From Candidatus Uhrbacteria bacterium (GTDB lineage: Bacteria > Patescibacteriota > Patescibacteriia > JACQRZ01), in assembly GCA_016186045.1 (NCBI GenBank), contig JACPMJ010000005.1, positions 7,143 through 71,142 on the forward strand: a stretch of DNA of 64,000 bases. Reading direction: 5' to 3'. Shown in pieces: positions 28,042-38,715 of the stretch. Under the pieces are notes generated by a model that ran no database searches, was not told the DNA's origin, and was given only the letters and a program-made list of their open reading frames with translations. How positions within the stretch are numbered: the stretch's first letter is position 1; every line of letters begins with the position of its first letter. The position numbers and the translations under genes are program-made.

Positions 28042-29844
28042 CTATCGCTTGAGCACCGCAAGATACGCTTCCGCAGGGATATCCACCTTTCCCATGGATT
28101 TCATGCGCTGTTTCCCCTTTTTCTGTTTTTCCAAAAGTTTTTGTTTTCGAGTGACATCTCCGCCGTAGAGTCCCACCGTCACATCTTTTCGCATTGGAGC
28201 GATGCGGTCCGATGCTATGACCTTTCCTCCGATCGCCGCCTGAATTTTTACCTCAAACATTTGCCGCGGAAGCATTTTTTTCAATGATTCAACGATTTTT
28301 CTTCCGGCGTAATACGCTCCATCTTCATAAACAATGGAGGAAAGTTCTTCTACAATGCTTCCGGCAACCAAGATATCCATACGCACCACATCCGCAGTCC
28401 GATATTCCATGAAATCGTAATTCATTGAGGCGTAGCCGGATGAGACGCTTTTTATCTTATCATAAAAATCCACAAGAATTGCAGATAAAGGTAGCTCAAA
28501 ACGCAAGATAACTCTGCGTTCACTCCCGTGAAGTTCCGAAGAAAGGTATTCCGTATTTTTATACACACCCTTTCGTTCCGTAGTACACGCCATGATTCCG
28601 CCGAGTGTGGACTCGGGTGTCACAATATCCACGCGCATCCACGGCTCTTCTATTTGTATCGGCATCTTATTTTGCGTAAGTTCAAGCGGGCCATGGATAA
28701 TTTTCTCAGTATTGTTTTGATAAGTTACACGGTAAGCAACGGATGGGATGGTTACGATAAGATTTAGCTGGTATTCGCGGTGAAGCCGCTCTTGGACAAT
28801 TTCAAGATGTAAAAGTCCGAGAAATCCGCAACGAAATCCAAATCCAAGCGCCGGTGAGTGTTCCGGCTCAAAGGTAAATGCCGCATCGTTGAGCTTGAAT
28901 TTTTCCACCGCTTCCCGCAGGCGTTTGAAATCATCTCCGTCTTTGCAAAATATGCCCGCAAATACCATGGGTTGTATTTCCTTGTATCCGCTAAGCGCGA
29001 GAATCTCTTCGCGATGATCCATGGAAACAATCGTATCGCCCACACGACACTCGTGCACATCACGTAGTCCGGTGACAATATAGCCGATATCTCCCGAAAA
29101 AAGCTCATCAGAGGGGGTGGCGCGCGGTTTAAAAAATCCCACTTCGAGCGCCTGAGCTTTGGTGCGTGTTCCTTTGAAAAATATTTTTGATTCTTTGCGT
29201 ATGCTTCCGGAAAAAAGTCGTACGTAGGCGATCACGCCGCGAAATTCATCGTACAAAGAGTCAAAAATAAGAGCCTGAGGTAGCGCTTCTTTTTTCCCCA
29301 AAGGCGGCGGGATACGTTTGGTAATTTGTGTTAAAAGCATCTCGACTCCCTCACCTGTTTTTGCGGATACCCTACAGATGTCTTCGCGCGCGCATCCCAA
29401 AAGATTGGATATTTCAGACTCCACCTCCGAAACGCGCGCACCCGGAAGGTCAATCTTATTTATTGCCGGAATGATAATAAGGTTTTGTTCCAGCGCCAAG
29501 TAAAGATTCGCAAGCGTCTGCGCCTGGATTCCTTGCGTGGCATCTACCAAGAGAATCGCACCTTCAACCGCGGCAAGCGAGCGTGATACCTCATAAGAAA
29601 AATCAACATGGCCCGGCGTGTCAATGAGATTGAGATTGTAAAGCTGTCCGGTAAGCGTATATGCCATGCGGACGGGCTGAAGCTTAATAGTTATTCCTCG
29701 CTCTCGCTCCAAATCCATTTGATCAAGAAGCTGATCCTTCATTTCCCGCTTTGATACGGTTCCGGTATATTCCAAAAGCCGGTCCGCAAGCGTGGATTTC
29801 CCATGGTCAATATGTGCGATGATGCAAAAATTTCGTGTTTCCAT
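28042..29844 (-). CDS. lepA: elongation factor 4 (LepA)
   Basis: NFCIIAHIDHGKSTLADRLL G1 motif, DTPGHVDF, NKIDL, LepA C-terminal domain. Confidence 0.9.
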   Translation of the reverse strand: METRNFCIIAHIDHGKSTLADRLLEYTGTVSKREMKDQLLDQMDLERERGITIKLQPVRMAYTLTGQLYNLNLIDTPGHVDFSYEVSRSLAAVEGAILLVDATQGIQAQTLANLYLALEQNLIIIPAINKIDLPGARVSEVESEISNLLGCAREDICRVSAKTGEGVEMLLTQITKRIPPPLGKKEALPQALIFDSLYDEFRGVIAYVRLFSGSIRKESKIFFKGTRTKAQALEVGFFKPRATPSDELFSGDIGYIVTGLRDVHECRVGDTIVSMDHREEILALSGYKEIQPMVFAGIFCKDGDDFKRLREAVEKFKLNDAAFTFEPEHSPALGFGFRCGFLGLLHLEIVQERLHREYQLNLIVTIPSVAYRVTYQNNTEKIIHGPLELTQNKMPIQIEEPWMRVDIVTPESTLGGIMACTTERKGVYKNTEYLSSELHGSERRVILRFELPLSAILVDFYDKIKSVSSGYASMNYDFMEYRTADVVRMDILVAGSIVEELSSIVYEDGAYYAGRKIVESLKKMLPRQMFEVKIQAAIGGKVIASDRIAPMRKDVTVGLYGGDVTRKQKLLEKQKKGKQRMKSMGKVDIPAEAYLAVLKR

Positions 29845-29872
29845 GCGGTGAGCAATAAATTGATTTGTGTGT

Positions 29873-30664
29873 TTACTGTACTAATACTGAGACAATCCTG
29901 ACGCGGGCATAATCCACTGCCGGGCTCACGGATGCGGTTTGAAAAAGGTCTGTTGGCCGGGTATCGAATTTTGAAATAGTACCAATAAGCAAGCCCGCAG
30001 GAATACCATCTTGTAGCCCGGATGTCTCTACAATGTCTCCGATTTCAATCTTTTCTGACATGGGAATAAGATCAATTTTCAACCCCAATCCAAATTGTCC
30101 GTTGACAACGCCGGTTGTGGGAGGTGTCGCCGCAATAATGGCTGTTACTTTGCTTTTACTGTCATTGATAAGCAGTACTTGGCTTGTCGCCTCCATCACT
30201 TTGTTGATTTTTCCAACCAACACCCCATTATTCGTGAGTACTGGCGCAGATAGCGTGATGCCGTCATTCTTCCCCTTGTCAATCAGGAATCCGCTTCTTC
30301 GCACATCCGTGGTCCAGCCGATGCGATTTGCAAGTTGGACATGGAATTTGCTTTGCTGAACAAACTTCAGCTGTTCACGCAAGGTTTCATTCTCACTTTG
30401 CGCGATGGTCAGTGCCGCACGTTCCACTTCAAGTTTTTGGATGCGCTCTTCCAGTATATGCAGAGGAGTTTTTTCTTTTTGTGTGAATAGGTCAGATATA
30501 TTTTGAAAAAAATCTGATACGCGCGTCGCCATGAAACTAAGCCGCGAGAGCACATATCCACTGCGCGCTTCCACTGGTGCAAGTATGCCAATGCCATGCG
30601 CGATCCAGAGGGCGCATATGCTGACGATACTGATGATGACTGCTCTGTGTATTCTCTGATGCAT
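29873..30664 (-). CDS. mreC: rod shape-determining protein MreC
   Basis: N-terminal TM, coiled coil, C-terminal GDIVETSGLQDGIPAGLLIGTI beta domain; directly downstream of mreB. Confidence 0.8.
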   Translation of the reverse strand: MHQRIHRAVIISIVSICALWIAHGIGILAPVEARSGYVLSRLSFMATRVSDFFQNISDLFTQKEKTPLHILEERIQKLEVERAALTIAQSENETLREQLKFVQQSKFHVQLANRIGWTTDVRRSGFLIDKGKNDGITLSAPVLTNNGVLVGKINKVMEATSQVLLINDSKSKVTAIIAATPPTTGVVNGQFGLGLKIDLIPMSEKIEIGDIVETSGLQDGIPAGLLIGTISKFDTRPTDLFQTASVSPAVDYARVRIVSVLVQ

Positions 30665-30679
30665 GAGCCATGAAAGATA

Positions 30680-31732
30680 TTACATTATTCCGGAATCCTG
30701 CACCACAACATTTTTTAAGAATGCAAGATCGTCAATAAGCACTGCGGTTCCGCGAACAACGCACGTGAGCGGATCTTCTGCGGCAAGCACTGGCACGCCG
30801 GTAGCGTCGGAAATGAGGTGGTCAAGATTTCGCAGAAGCGCCCCTCCACCGGTAAGCAACAGGCCGTTTTCATAAATGTCGGACACAAGTTCCGGCGGCG
30901 TATTTTCTATAGTTGACTTCACGCTATCCACAATCGTACGGACGCTTCTGGAAAGCGCCTCGCGCACTTGTGCGTCATCCATGATGATTTCTTTGGGAAG
31001 GCCGGTTACCAGATCCCTGCCGCGTACTTTCATGACCAATGGTTCAGGAAGGATATCCGCTGACCCGATTTTTATTTTTACATTTTCCGAGGTCCGTTCC
31101 CCTAAAAGCACATTAAAATAGTCTCGTGCATATTTAATAATATCTTCATTAAATTCATTTCCCGCAATTTTTAGGGATTTTGACGTGACAATACCACCTA
31201 AGGAGACCACCGCAATATCCGTGGTGCCGCCGCCGATATCCACCACCATGTGGCCGCTGGATTCTTGTACCGGTAAACGCGCGCCAATGGCAGACGCCAT
31301 AGGCTGTTCAATGAGATACACTTCACGCGCGCCTGCGGAAAGCGCCGCGTCAATCACGGCCTTGCGCTCCACCTCTGTCACCTCTAAAGGAATGCCGATG
31401 ACAATGCGCGGCCGAGGGGTAAATGCAAATGTCTCCTTGTGTACTTTGCGGATGAAATATTTCAACATTTTTTCCGTCACTTCAAAATCAGAAATGACGC
31501 CGTCAACCAGCGGCTTGGTGGCAACAATATATGAGGGTGTTCTGCCCACCATTTTGTATGCTTCCGTGCCAACAGCCAGGATTTGATCTGTGCGATTATT
31601 GACAGCAACCACAGACGGTTCATTGATAAGAATTCCCTTGTCTTTCACATAGACAAGCGTATTTGCCGTACCAAGGTCTATGCCAAGATCGTTTGAAAAT
31701 CTGCCGAATAAGATATTCAGAACTCCGCGCAT
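30680..31732 (-). CDS. mreB: rod shape-determining protein MreB (actin homolog)
   Basis: DLGIDLGTANTLVYV phosphate-1, DIGGGTTDIAV phosphate-2. Confidence 0.9.
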   Translation of the reverse strand: MRGVLNILFGRFSNDLGIDLGTANTLVYVKDKGILINEPSVVAVNNRTDQILAVGTEAYKMVGRTPSYIVATKPLVDGVISDFEVTEKMLKYFIRKVHKETFAFTPRPRIVIGIPLEVTEVERKAVIDAALSAGAREVYLIEQPMASAIGARLPVQESSGHMVVDIGGGTTDIAVVSLGGIVTSKSLKIAGNEFNEDIIKYARDYFNVLLGERTSENVKIKIGSADILPEPLVMKVRGRDLVTGLPKEIIMDDAQVREALSRSVRTIVDSVKSTIENTPPELVSDIYENGLLLTGGGALLRNLDHLISDATGVPVLAAEDPLTCVVRGTAVLIDDLAFLKNVVVQDSGIM

Positions 31733-31735
31733 ACA

Positions 31736-32995
31736 TTATGATTTCATCAAAGAGACAATGTCTGAAAGCCGTAATATTTTTATTTCTTTACTCGCGCGTT
31801 CTTTCCACTCGCCAGAATCTTGCGCAAGCGTTTTTTCACTGATGACAATGCGATGCGGAAGACCGATGAGATCCGCGTCTTTGAATTTTTCTCCGGCAGT
31901 CGCATCGCTTCGGTCGTCAAAAAGTGTTTCAATGCCTGCGGAGAAAAGCGTCTCATACAGTTTTTTCGCTTCGTTTGAAATGCGTGTCTGTATCGCATCA
32001 TCAGAGCTTGTCAGCGGAATAATATGTGCGGCAAATGGCGCGATTGCCACAGGCCAGATCATGCCGTTTTCATCATGATTTGTCTCAATGACTGTTGCCA
32101 ACAGGCGCCCCACTCCAATGCCATAGCACCCCATGATAATTGGTTTTTTTATTCCATCTTCATTCACAAATGTCGCATGCAACGGCTCGCTGTATTTTGT
32201 GCCAAGTTTGAAGATATGCCCATTCTCAATGGCTGATTCCGTGGTAAGCACAGCGCCGCATTGCGGGCATACGGTCTGTCCCTGTTCCATGGTTTCAAAA
32301 TTTGCCGCAAAATCACACGATGAACAAAGAGCGATTTTATCTTCTCCGGTTGGCGCAATGCAGGCGAATTCATGGGAAAAATTTCCGCCGATTGATCCGG
32401 ATGACGCGCGGATAGGAACTGCGCGGATGCCGCATCGTTGGTAGATCCGCGCATATGCCGCTTTGATCGCCTCATAAAAAATATCCAGATCTTCTTCTGT
32501 TCGATGAAAGCTGTACAAGTCTTTCATGATAAATTCGCGCACGCGCAGAAGCCCGCTGGTGGAGCGCATCTCGTTGCGGAATTTTGTCTGTATTTGATAT
32601 GCGGAAAACGGCAGGTCGCGGTAGGAATGCACATGGGTGCGGGCAAGATCGGTGATCACCTCCTCATGCGTACTTGCAAGGCCGATTATTTTTTTATGCC
32701 GGTCCTCAAATTTAAAAAGCGGCGGGTCGATGGTATCCCATCTGTTGCTTTCCATCCAGAGATTCGCCGGCTGAAGACTGGGCATAAGAAGTTCTTGACA
32801 GCCGAGTATATTGAGTTCCTCGCGAATAATGTTCTCTATATTTTTATGTACGCGAAATCCCATAGGCAGGAGGGAATATACGCCACTCATGAGCTGTTGG
32901 ATGTATCCGCTGCGTGTAAGGAGAATATGGCTGATACTCTCCGCGTCGCGCGGCGAATGTTTGGATGTTTTTCCTAAGAGCGTTGATTGGAACAT
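31736..32995 (-). CDS. proS: prolyl-tRNA synthetase (short bacterial form lacking INS domain)
   Basis: N-terminus MFQSTLLGKTSKHSPRDAESISHILLTRSGYIQQ, class II motifs FRNEMRSTSGLLRVREF, ASSGSIGG. Confidence 0.85.
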   Translation of the reverse strand: MFQSTLLGKTSKHSPRDAESISHILLTRSGYIQQLMSGVYSLLPMGFRVHKNIENIIREELNILGCQELLMPSLQPANLWMESNRWDTIDPPLFKFEDRHKKIIGLASTHEEVITDLARTHVHSYRDLPFSAYQIQTKFRNEMRSTSGLLRVREFIMKDLYSFHRTEEDLDIFYEAIKAAYARIYQRCGIRAVPIRASSGSIGGNFSHEFACIAPTGEDKIALCSSCDFAANFETMEQGQTVCPQCGAVLTTESAIENGHIFKLGTKYSEPLHATFVNEDGIKKPIIMGCYGIGVGRLLATVIETNHDENGMIWPVAIAPFAAHIIPLTSSDDAIQTRISNEAKKLYETLFSAGIETLFDDRSDATAGEKFKDADLIGLPHRIVISEKTLAQDSGEWKERASKEIKILRLSDIVSLMKS

Positions 32996-33005
32996 AGACG
33001 ATTTT

Positions 33006-34601
33006 TTATGAATGGAGTTGCAAGAGACTTGACCCGGTCATATCCGCGGGTTTTTCAATATTGAGTAAATCAAGGACGGTTGGCGCAACATCAGAGAGCA
33101 TACCGCTGGTTTCAAGCACGCTGAGGTCTTTTTGCGACACATCCAACGGATGAAGCGTTTTTCCCTCAAGTTCGCTTGCGATGATGATACATGGGATCGG
33201 GCTCCCATTATGCTCCTTGTCAATTTTTCCCGTCTGTAAATCCAAAAGCACCTCTGCGTTTCCATGATCCGCGGTCATAATCACCGCACCATCCTTTTGC
33301 AGGATAAGCGGCACAAACTGTTTGAAACATTGGTCCAAAGTTTCAATGGCTTTGATGGTCGCCTTCATGTTTCCTGTGTGCCCCACCATGTCCGCATTTG
33401 CAAAGTTCACTGCAAAAAAATCGTACGTGTCGCCCTCTATTGCTTTCACAAGGCTTTGTGTGATTTTTTGAGCGCTCATTTCCGGTTTTTTGTCATAGGA
33501 CTCCACATGTGGCGATGGGATCATCTCCCGCTTTTCTTCCGTGAATGGTTCTTCTCTGCCGGCATTTAAGAAATATGTGACGTGCGCGTATTTTTCCGTT
33601 TCTGCAATATGGAATTGTTTCAGTCCGGCGTTGCTCACTGCTTCCGCCAGGCAATTACGGATGATTTGTGGAGGGAATGCTACGTGCGCAGGTGTTCCTT
33701 TTTCGTACTGCGTGAATGTTGCAAAAAAAAGATTGGCATAGTCCATTCGCTGAAATGTGTCAAAAGATGGATCAGTAAATATCTGTGTGATTTGTCGCGC
33801 GCGGTCTGCGCGGATATTGAAAAAAATCACCGCATCGCCATTTTGAACGGGCGCGACAGGTTTGCCATGCTCTGTGATGACCGTGGGGATGAATTCTTCG
33901 TCGGTGACTCCCCTTTCGTATGATTCTTTGATAGTCTGCACAGGATCCTCGTGTGTAGAGTCGGATATTCCTTGACTGATCGCTTTGTATGCCCTCTCCT
34001 CCCTATCCCAGTGGTGGTCGCGATCCATGGTATAAAACCGTCCGGAAAGTGTTGCGATTTTTCCGTGTACTTTTTTTAGTTTTTCTACAAGCGTTTCAAT
34101 GTATCCGACGGCGCTTGCGTATGATGTGTCTCTACCGTCAAGAATCGCATGAACAAAACACTCTTCCAATCCTTCTTTTTTTACAAACTCCAACAGGGCA
34201 TACAGATGATCAATATGGCTGTGGATGCCGCCCGGACTCACAAGACCAAGAATATGAATTTTTCCTTTATTTTTTTTGACATGTTCCACTGCTTCGCGCA
34301 AAACAGGGTTTGAAAAAAAAGAACCGTCAGAGATGGCGGCATTGATGCGCGACAATTCCTGATATACGATGCGGCCTGCGCCAATAGTCATGTGCCCCAC
34401 CTCTGAATTGCCAACATCTCCCCATGGCAAACCCGCCGCTTCTCCGCCTGCTTGCAGGGCGACCGTAGGATACGTGGAAATATAATGGTCAAAATTCGGT
34501 GTATTGGCTTGTGTGATTGCATTGGCGCGTGATGGAAGCTGGATTCCCCAGCCGTCAAGAATAACTAATGCAACAGGACGATGCGGTTTTTGCATATTCA
34601 A
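33006..34601 (-). CDS. gpmI: 2,3-bisphosphoglycerate-independent phosphoglycerate mutase
   Basis: VALVILDGWG, GNSEVGHMTIGAGR, TADHGNAE metal-site motifs. Confidence 0.9.
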   Translation of the reverse strand: MNMQKPHRPVALVILDGWGIQLPSRANAITQANTPNFDHYISTYPTVALQAGGEAAGLPWGDVGNSEVGHMTIGAGRIVYQELSRINAAISDGSFFSNPVLREAVEHVKKNKGKIHILGLVSPGGIHSHIDHLYALLEFVKKEGLEECFVHAILDGRDTSYASAVGYIETLVEKLKKVHGKIATLSGRFYTMDRDHHWDREERAYKAISQGISDSTHEDPVQTIKESYERGVTDEEFIPTVITEHGKPVAPVQNGDAVIFFNIRADRARQITQIFTDPSFDTFQRMDYANLFFATFTQYEKGTPAHVAFPPQIIRNCLAEAVSNAGLKQFHIAETEKYAHVTYFLNAGREEPFTEEKREMIPSPHVESYDKKPEMSAQKITQSLVKAIEGDTYDFFAVNFANADMVGHTGNMKATIKAIETLDQCFKQFVPLILQKDGAVIMTADHGNAEVLLDLQTGKIDKEHNGSPIPCIIIASELEGKTLHPLDVSQKDLSVLETSGMLSDVAPTVLDLLNIEKPADMTGSSLLQLHS

Positions 34602-35869
34602 GCTTTTTTCAAGAGTTCCGCTTCTATCTCCATAAGACGGTTATATTTTTCCACGCGTTCAGATCGTGAGAGGCTTCCCGTCTTGATATACTCGGCATTT
34701 ACGGCAACGGCCAGATCCGCAATGGTCGTATCACACGTTTCGCCGGAACGATGTGAGATATTGATTTTGTAATGATTCTTTTGCGCGAGTAAAATACAGT
34801 CTATGGTTTCAGAGAGTGTGCCGATCTGATTAAGTTTAATGAGAATAGCATTTCCCACCTTTTTGTCAATGCCCATCTGCAGGCGTTTTGTGTTTGTGAC
34901 AAAAAGGTCATCGCCGACAAGAAGGAGTTTTTTTCCGAGTTTTTTTGTAAGCTCTTGCCAACCGCTCCAGTCATCTTCGGAAAGCCCATCTTCCACAAGC
35001 GCGATAGGATATTTTTCTTTCCATTGTGCAATGCGCTCTATCATCTGGTCGGATGTAAGGCCGGTTTTTTTCCCCGCATCCAGCATATAGCGTTTTTTTT
35101 CAGCGTCGTAAAATTCTGATGCGGCAAAATCAAATCCAAGAGACACATCTTTTCCGGCTGTGTAGCCCGCATCAGAAATAGCCGCGAGAATAAGCGCGAT
35201 CGCTTTTTCATTGGTTCCTGCGAGCGGCGCAAATCCTCCCTCATCTCCTACTAGTGCCGGAAATCCTTTCTTTTTTAAAATACTTTTCAGTGAATGAAAA
35301 ATTTCAGCGCCAATGCGCACGCGTTCTGAAAATCGCGCGTGTTTTGGAAGTATCATGAATTCTTGAATTGCAAGTCCGCTATCCGCGTGTTTTCCGCCAT
35401 TCACAATATTCATGGTCGGATGCGGAAGCTGATAGGTATTTCCAAAAGAAAGATGGAATATATCGCGGATATATTTGTAGAGCGGTTTTTTTGCTGATAT
35501 GGATCCGGCATACGCACACGCGAGAGAGACGCCAAGAATCGCATTCGCGCCAAGTTTTGTTTTATTTTCCGTCCCATCCAATTCGCGCATGGTTTTGTCT
35601 ATGATGCGCTGTTCCGTGACTTCCACGCCACTAAGCGCCTGTGCGATTGTGGTATTGATATTGCTAACCGCCTTTGTCACTCCTTTTCCTTTGTATCGTT
35701 TCGGATTGTTATCTCGGAGTTCAAGAGCTTCATGACTGCCGGTGGACGCGCCTGATGGAACCGATGCGGTTCCACTGATGCCATTGTCGAGAAATACTTT
35801 GACGCGAACCGTAGGGTTTCCTCGTGAGTCAAGAACTTCAGATCCAATGATGCGGGTGATTTTTGGCAT
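34598..35869 (-). CDS. eno: enolase
   Basis: MPKITRIIGSEVLDSRGNPTVRVKV, SHRSGETCDTTIADLAVA. Confidence 0.9.
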   Translation of the reverse strand: MPKITRIIGSEVLDSRGNPTVRVKVFLDNGISGTASVPSGASTGSHEALELRDNNPKRYKGKGVTKAVSNINTTIAQALSGVEVTEQRIIDKTMRELDGTENKTKLGANAILGVSLACAYAGSISAKKPLYKYIRDIFHLSFGNTYQLPHPTMNIVNGGKHADSGLAIQEFMILPKHARFSERVRIGAEIFHSLKSILKKKGFPALVGDEGGFAPLAGTNEKAIALILAAISDAGYTAGKDVSLGFDFAASEFYDAEKKRYMLDAGKKTGLTSDQMIERIAQWKEKYPIALVEDGLSEDDWSGWQELTKKLGKKLLLVGDDLFVTNTKRLQMGIDKKVGNAILIKLNQIGTLSETIDCILLAQKNHYKINISHRSGETCDTTIADLAVAVNAEYIKTGSLSRSERVEKYNRLMEIEAELLKKA

Positions 35870-35887
35870 ACGATTGCTGTTTAGCTA

Positions 35888-37186
35888 TTAAGATTTCATA
35901 AGATATGTTAAGACGGGAAATTCTTTCCCAGAGAGAAGCTCCAAGGATGCGCCGCCGCCGGTAGAGACAAAGGTAAATTTTTTTGTCAGGTGGTATTTTT
36001 TTGTAAAACTTTGCGTGTCTCCCCCGCCCAAGATGGATGTCGCCTTACTGTGAATAATTGCCTGTGCGATACCTTTTGACCCCGCGCAAAATTGATCCGT
36101 CTCAAAATATCCTACGGGGCCATTCCAAAAGACCGTCTTTGCTTTTTTTATAATAGATGCGTAATACGCGACAGTTTTTGGACCAATATCCAGATACATC
36201 CAATCGCGCGGCAAAGTGCTGTTGTGCTCTATAGAGATATTTTTTATCTCGATTGATGGTCCATCTTTACGTGACGCCGCGACAAAGTCGAGTGGAAGGA
36301 CAAGTTTTGGCACATTCAGGCCGGGCCCGAGGTTGACAAAGGTATCTTTGGTTTTTTTCAAAAGCTCTTCAGCGGTCTGAAGAATAGACTGTGTTTCTTT
36401 TTTTGGAGTGAGACTCACATCTTTTTCAATGTACGATGCGCCAATTTTTATACCCTGTACTTTGAGAAAGTTATGCGCCATGGCGCCACCGATCAAGATA
36501 ACATCCGCAAGAGAAAGAAACGAGCGGAGTGTCTCGATCTTATCTGAAATTTTTGCGCCTCCGAGAATAACGATAAACGGAACTTTTGGTTTTTTCATGA
36601 GTGATTGCAGTGTGGAAAGTTCTTTTTCCATATGAAATCCGGCGACAGAAGGAAGCGCTTTGAGAATTCCTGTCGTAGAGGGATAGTCTCTATGGCTTTG
36701 CGCGAATGCGTCAAAGACGACACACTCACCGAGCGTGGAAAGTTTTTGACTAAATTTTTCATCGCACGCCTCTTCTTCCAGATGAAATCTGACATTTTCC
36801 AAAAGAATAATATCCTTTGGTTTCATAGCGGCCAATGCGCGATCTACGTCCGGGCCGATGCAGTCGTTTAGTTTTTTTACTTTTCTATGGATGAGCTCGC
36901 TTAGGCGCTTTGCTACCGGATCAAGTTTTAGTTTTTCCTCAGGTTTTCCCGCGGGCCTGCCGAGCCATGTGAGAATAACTATCTTACAATTATTTTTCAA
37001 AAGATATTTCAACGAGGGAATACTTGCGGCGATGCGCGTATCGTCAGAGACGATCCATCTTCCTCCTTTTTTTTCAACAGGCACATCATACGCGGTACGA
37101 AATAGGACATGCTTGTTTTTCAGGGATATGTCTTTGAGCGTTTTTAGGCCAATGACCATAGTGTTTTGCCTTTTATGGATAAACAA
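35888..37186 (-). CDS. pgk: phosphoglycerate kinase
   Basis: N-domain VLFRTAYDVP, hinge and C-domain GGGASLELLSGKEFP. Confidence 0.9.
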   Translation of the reverse strand: MFIHKRQNTMVIGLKTLKDISLKNKHVLFRTAYDVPVEKKGGRWIVSDDTRIAASIPSLKYLLKNNCKIVILTWLGRPAGKPEEKLKLDPVAKRLSELIHRKVKKLNDCIGPDVDRALAAMKPKDIILLENVRFHLEEEACDEKFSQKLSTLGECVVFDAFAQSHRDYPSTTGILKALPSVAGFHMEKELSTLQSLMKKPKVPFIVILGGAKISDKIETLRSFLSLADVILIGGAMAHNFLKVQGIKIGASYIEKDVSLTPKKETQSILQTAEELLKKTKDTFVNLGPGLNVPKLVLPLDFVAASRKDGPSIEIKNISIEHNSTLPRDWMYLDIGPKTVAYYASIIKKAKTVFWNGPVGYFETDQFCAGSKGIAQAIIHSKATSILGGGDTQSFTKKYHLTKKFTFVSTGGGASLELLSGKEFPVLTYLMKS

Positions 37187-37338
37187 AAAGCCTCATACAA
37201 TAAAGATAGTATATCATGAATAAAAAAATAAAAAAAGAGCGGAAAATAGAGAGAAAAATAGAGCAAAACCCTCCGTTTTCAGAGGGTTTTTGAGTATTGT
37301 TTTTTACTACGAACTGACAACTGTGTACTGTGTACTGA

Positions 37339-38355
37339 TTATATCGTACTTCCCACATGTTCCGCCATCTCGGCAAGGCGGCAGGAGTATCCCCACTCGT
37401 TGTCATACCATGCGATAATTTTTACCAGATCACCATCTATGACTTTTGTGAGAGAGAGGTCTACTACCGTGGAATACGAGCTACCGATAAAATCAGAGGA
37501 GACGAGCTGTTCTTCGGTTACGCCGATGATGCCTTTGTACATGGGATCTTGTGAGACTTTTTTGAAAAGCGCGTTTATTTCCTCCACGGTTGTTTTCTTT
37601 TTCAGAACAAAAACAAAATCTGTCAGTGAGACATCTGCTATCGGGACGCGCATGGCAAGACCGTCAAAAAGACCTTTGAGTTCCGGAATGGCCTCTGTAG
37701 TGGCGATGGCGGCGCCGGTAGTGGTGGGGACGATATTTTGATACGCGATACGCGCACGGCGCATATCCCCTTTCTTCAGTCCGGGCGGCGGACCGTCTAC
37801 GATATTTTGTTCGGCAGTCACTGCGTGAATGGTGGTCATAAGCGCCTTTGCGATACCAAATGCGCCGTGAAGCACCGTTGCGATTGGCGAGATGCAGTTT
37901 GTAGTACAGGATGCGTTATTGATAATGGGCTCTTTTGCGTACTTGTGTGCGTTTGCGCCAAAGACATACGTGGGAACTCCACCCTTGACCGGTGCGGAGA
38001 CAATCACACGTTTTGCGCCGGCAGTCAGATGTTTTTTACAATCCTCGATATTTGTAAATCTACCCGTGCATTCCAGCACTACATCTACATTCAGCGCCTT
38101 CCACGGCAGTTTTTCCGGTTCTTTCTCCGCGATAACTTGGAGTGTTTTTCCGTCTATAAAAATATTTTTCTCGTCATGAGAAATTTCTTTTTGAAAAGCG
38201 CCAAAGACGGTATCGTACTTCAAAAGATGCGCGAGTGTGGCGGAGTCCGTAAGATCATTGACCGCGACGAACTCGATATTCGGATTATCGATACCCGCTT
38301 TCAGGGTATTTCGGCCGATGCGACCGAATCCATTGATGGCGATGCGTATGGGCAT
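37339..38355 (-). CDS. gap: glyceraldehyde-3-phosphate dehydrogenase
   Basis: MPIRIAINGFGRIGR Rossmann, ASCTTNC catalytic Cys. Confidence 0.9.
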   Translation of the reverse strand: MPIRIAINGFGRIGRNTLKAGIDNPNIEFVAVNDLTDSATLAHLLKYDTVFGAFQKEISHDEKNIFIDGKTLQVIAEKEPEKLPWKALNVDVVLECTGRFTNIEDCKKHLTAGAKRVIVSAPVKGGVPTYVFGANAHKYAKEPIINNASCTTNCISPIATVLHGAFGIAKALMTTIHAVTAEQNIVDGPPPGLKKGDMRRARIAYQNIVPTTTGAAIATTEAIPELKGLFDGLAMRVPIADVSLTDFVFVLKKKTTVEEINALFKKVSQDPMYKGIIGVTEEQLVSSDFIGSSYSTVVDLSLTKVIDGDLVKIIAWYDNEWGYSCRLAEMAEHVGSTI

Positions 38356-38404
38356 AGGGATAGTACTTAGTTCTTAGTTATCAGTTCGCAGTTATTTTTT
38401 ATAT

Positions 38405-38499
38405 GTCATCCTGAGTGAAGCGAAGGATCCCGTTCGTGATAAAGAGCTGGGATTCCTCTCCGCCAGCTGGCGGATCGGAATGACATACATAGTATACCC
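38405..38499. repeat. A-type palindromic element copy 2
   Basis: GTCATCCTGAGTGAAGCGAAGGATCC...CCGCCAGCTGGCGGATCGGAATGACATACATAGTATACCC; marks the gap-proximal edge of the GC-rich island. Confidence 0.8.
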
Positions 38500-38586
38500 T
38501 ATTTTTATAATCTTCACAAAATAAAAAAAGACTTATTGCATTTTGCGATAGGTCTTTGAAATTTTTTTTGCGGAATTACGGGGATG

Positions 38587-38651
38587 ATCCCTACCTTACC
38601 ATGCCTTGCCCCGCCGGACCAAACCATACCATACCGGACCTCACCGCACCT
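38587..38651. repeat. C-type array: strict 5-nt periodic (NNNCC)x12 tract beginning CCCTACCTTACCATGCCTTGCC
   Basis: CC dinucleotide every 5 nt read directly. Confidence 0.75.
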
Positions 38652-38715
38652 TAGATAAAATATGAGGACGAAATATCTTTCCTAAATATTCCGCCCTCTG
38701 AACTATGAGTGACGC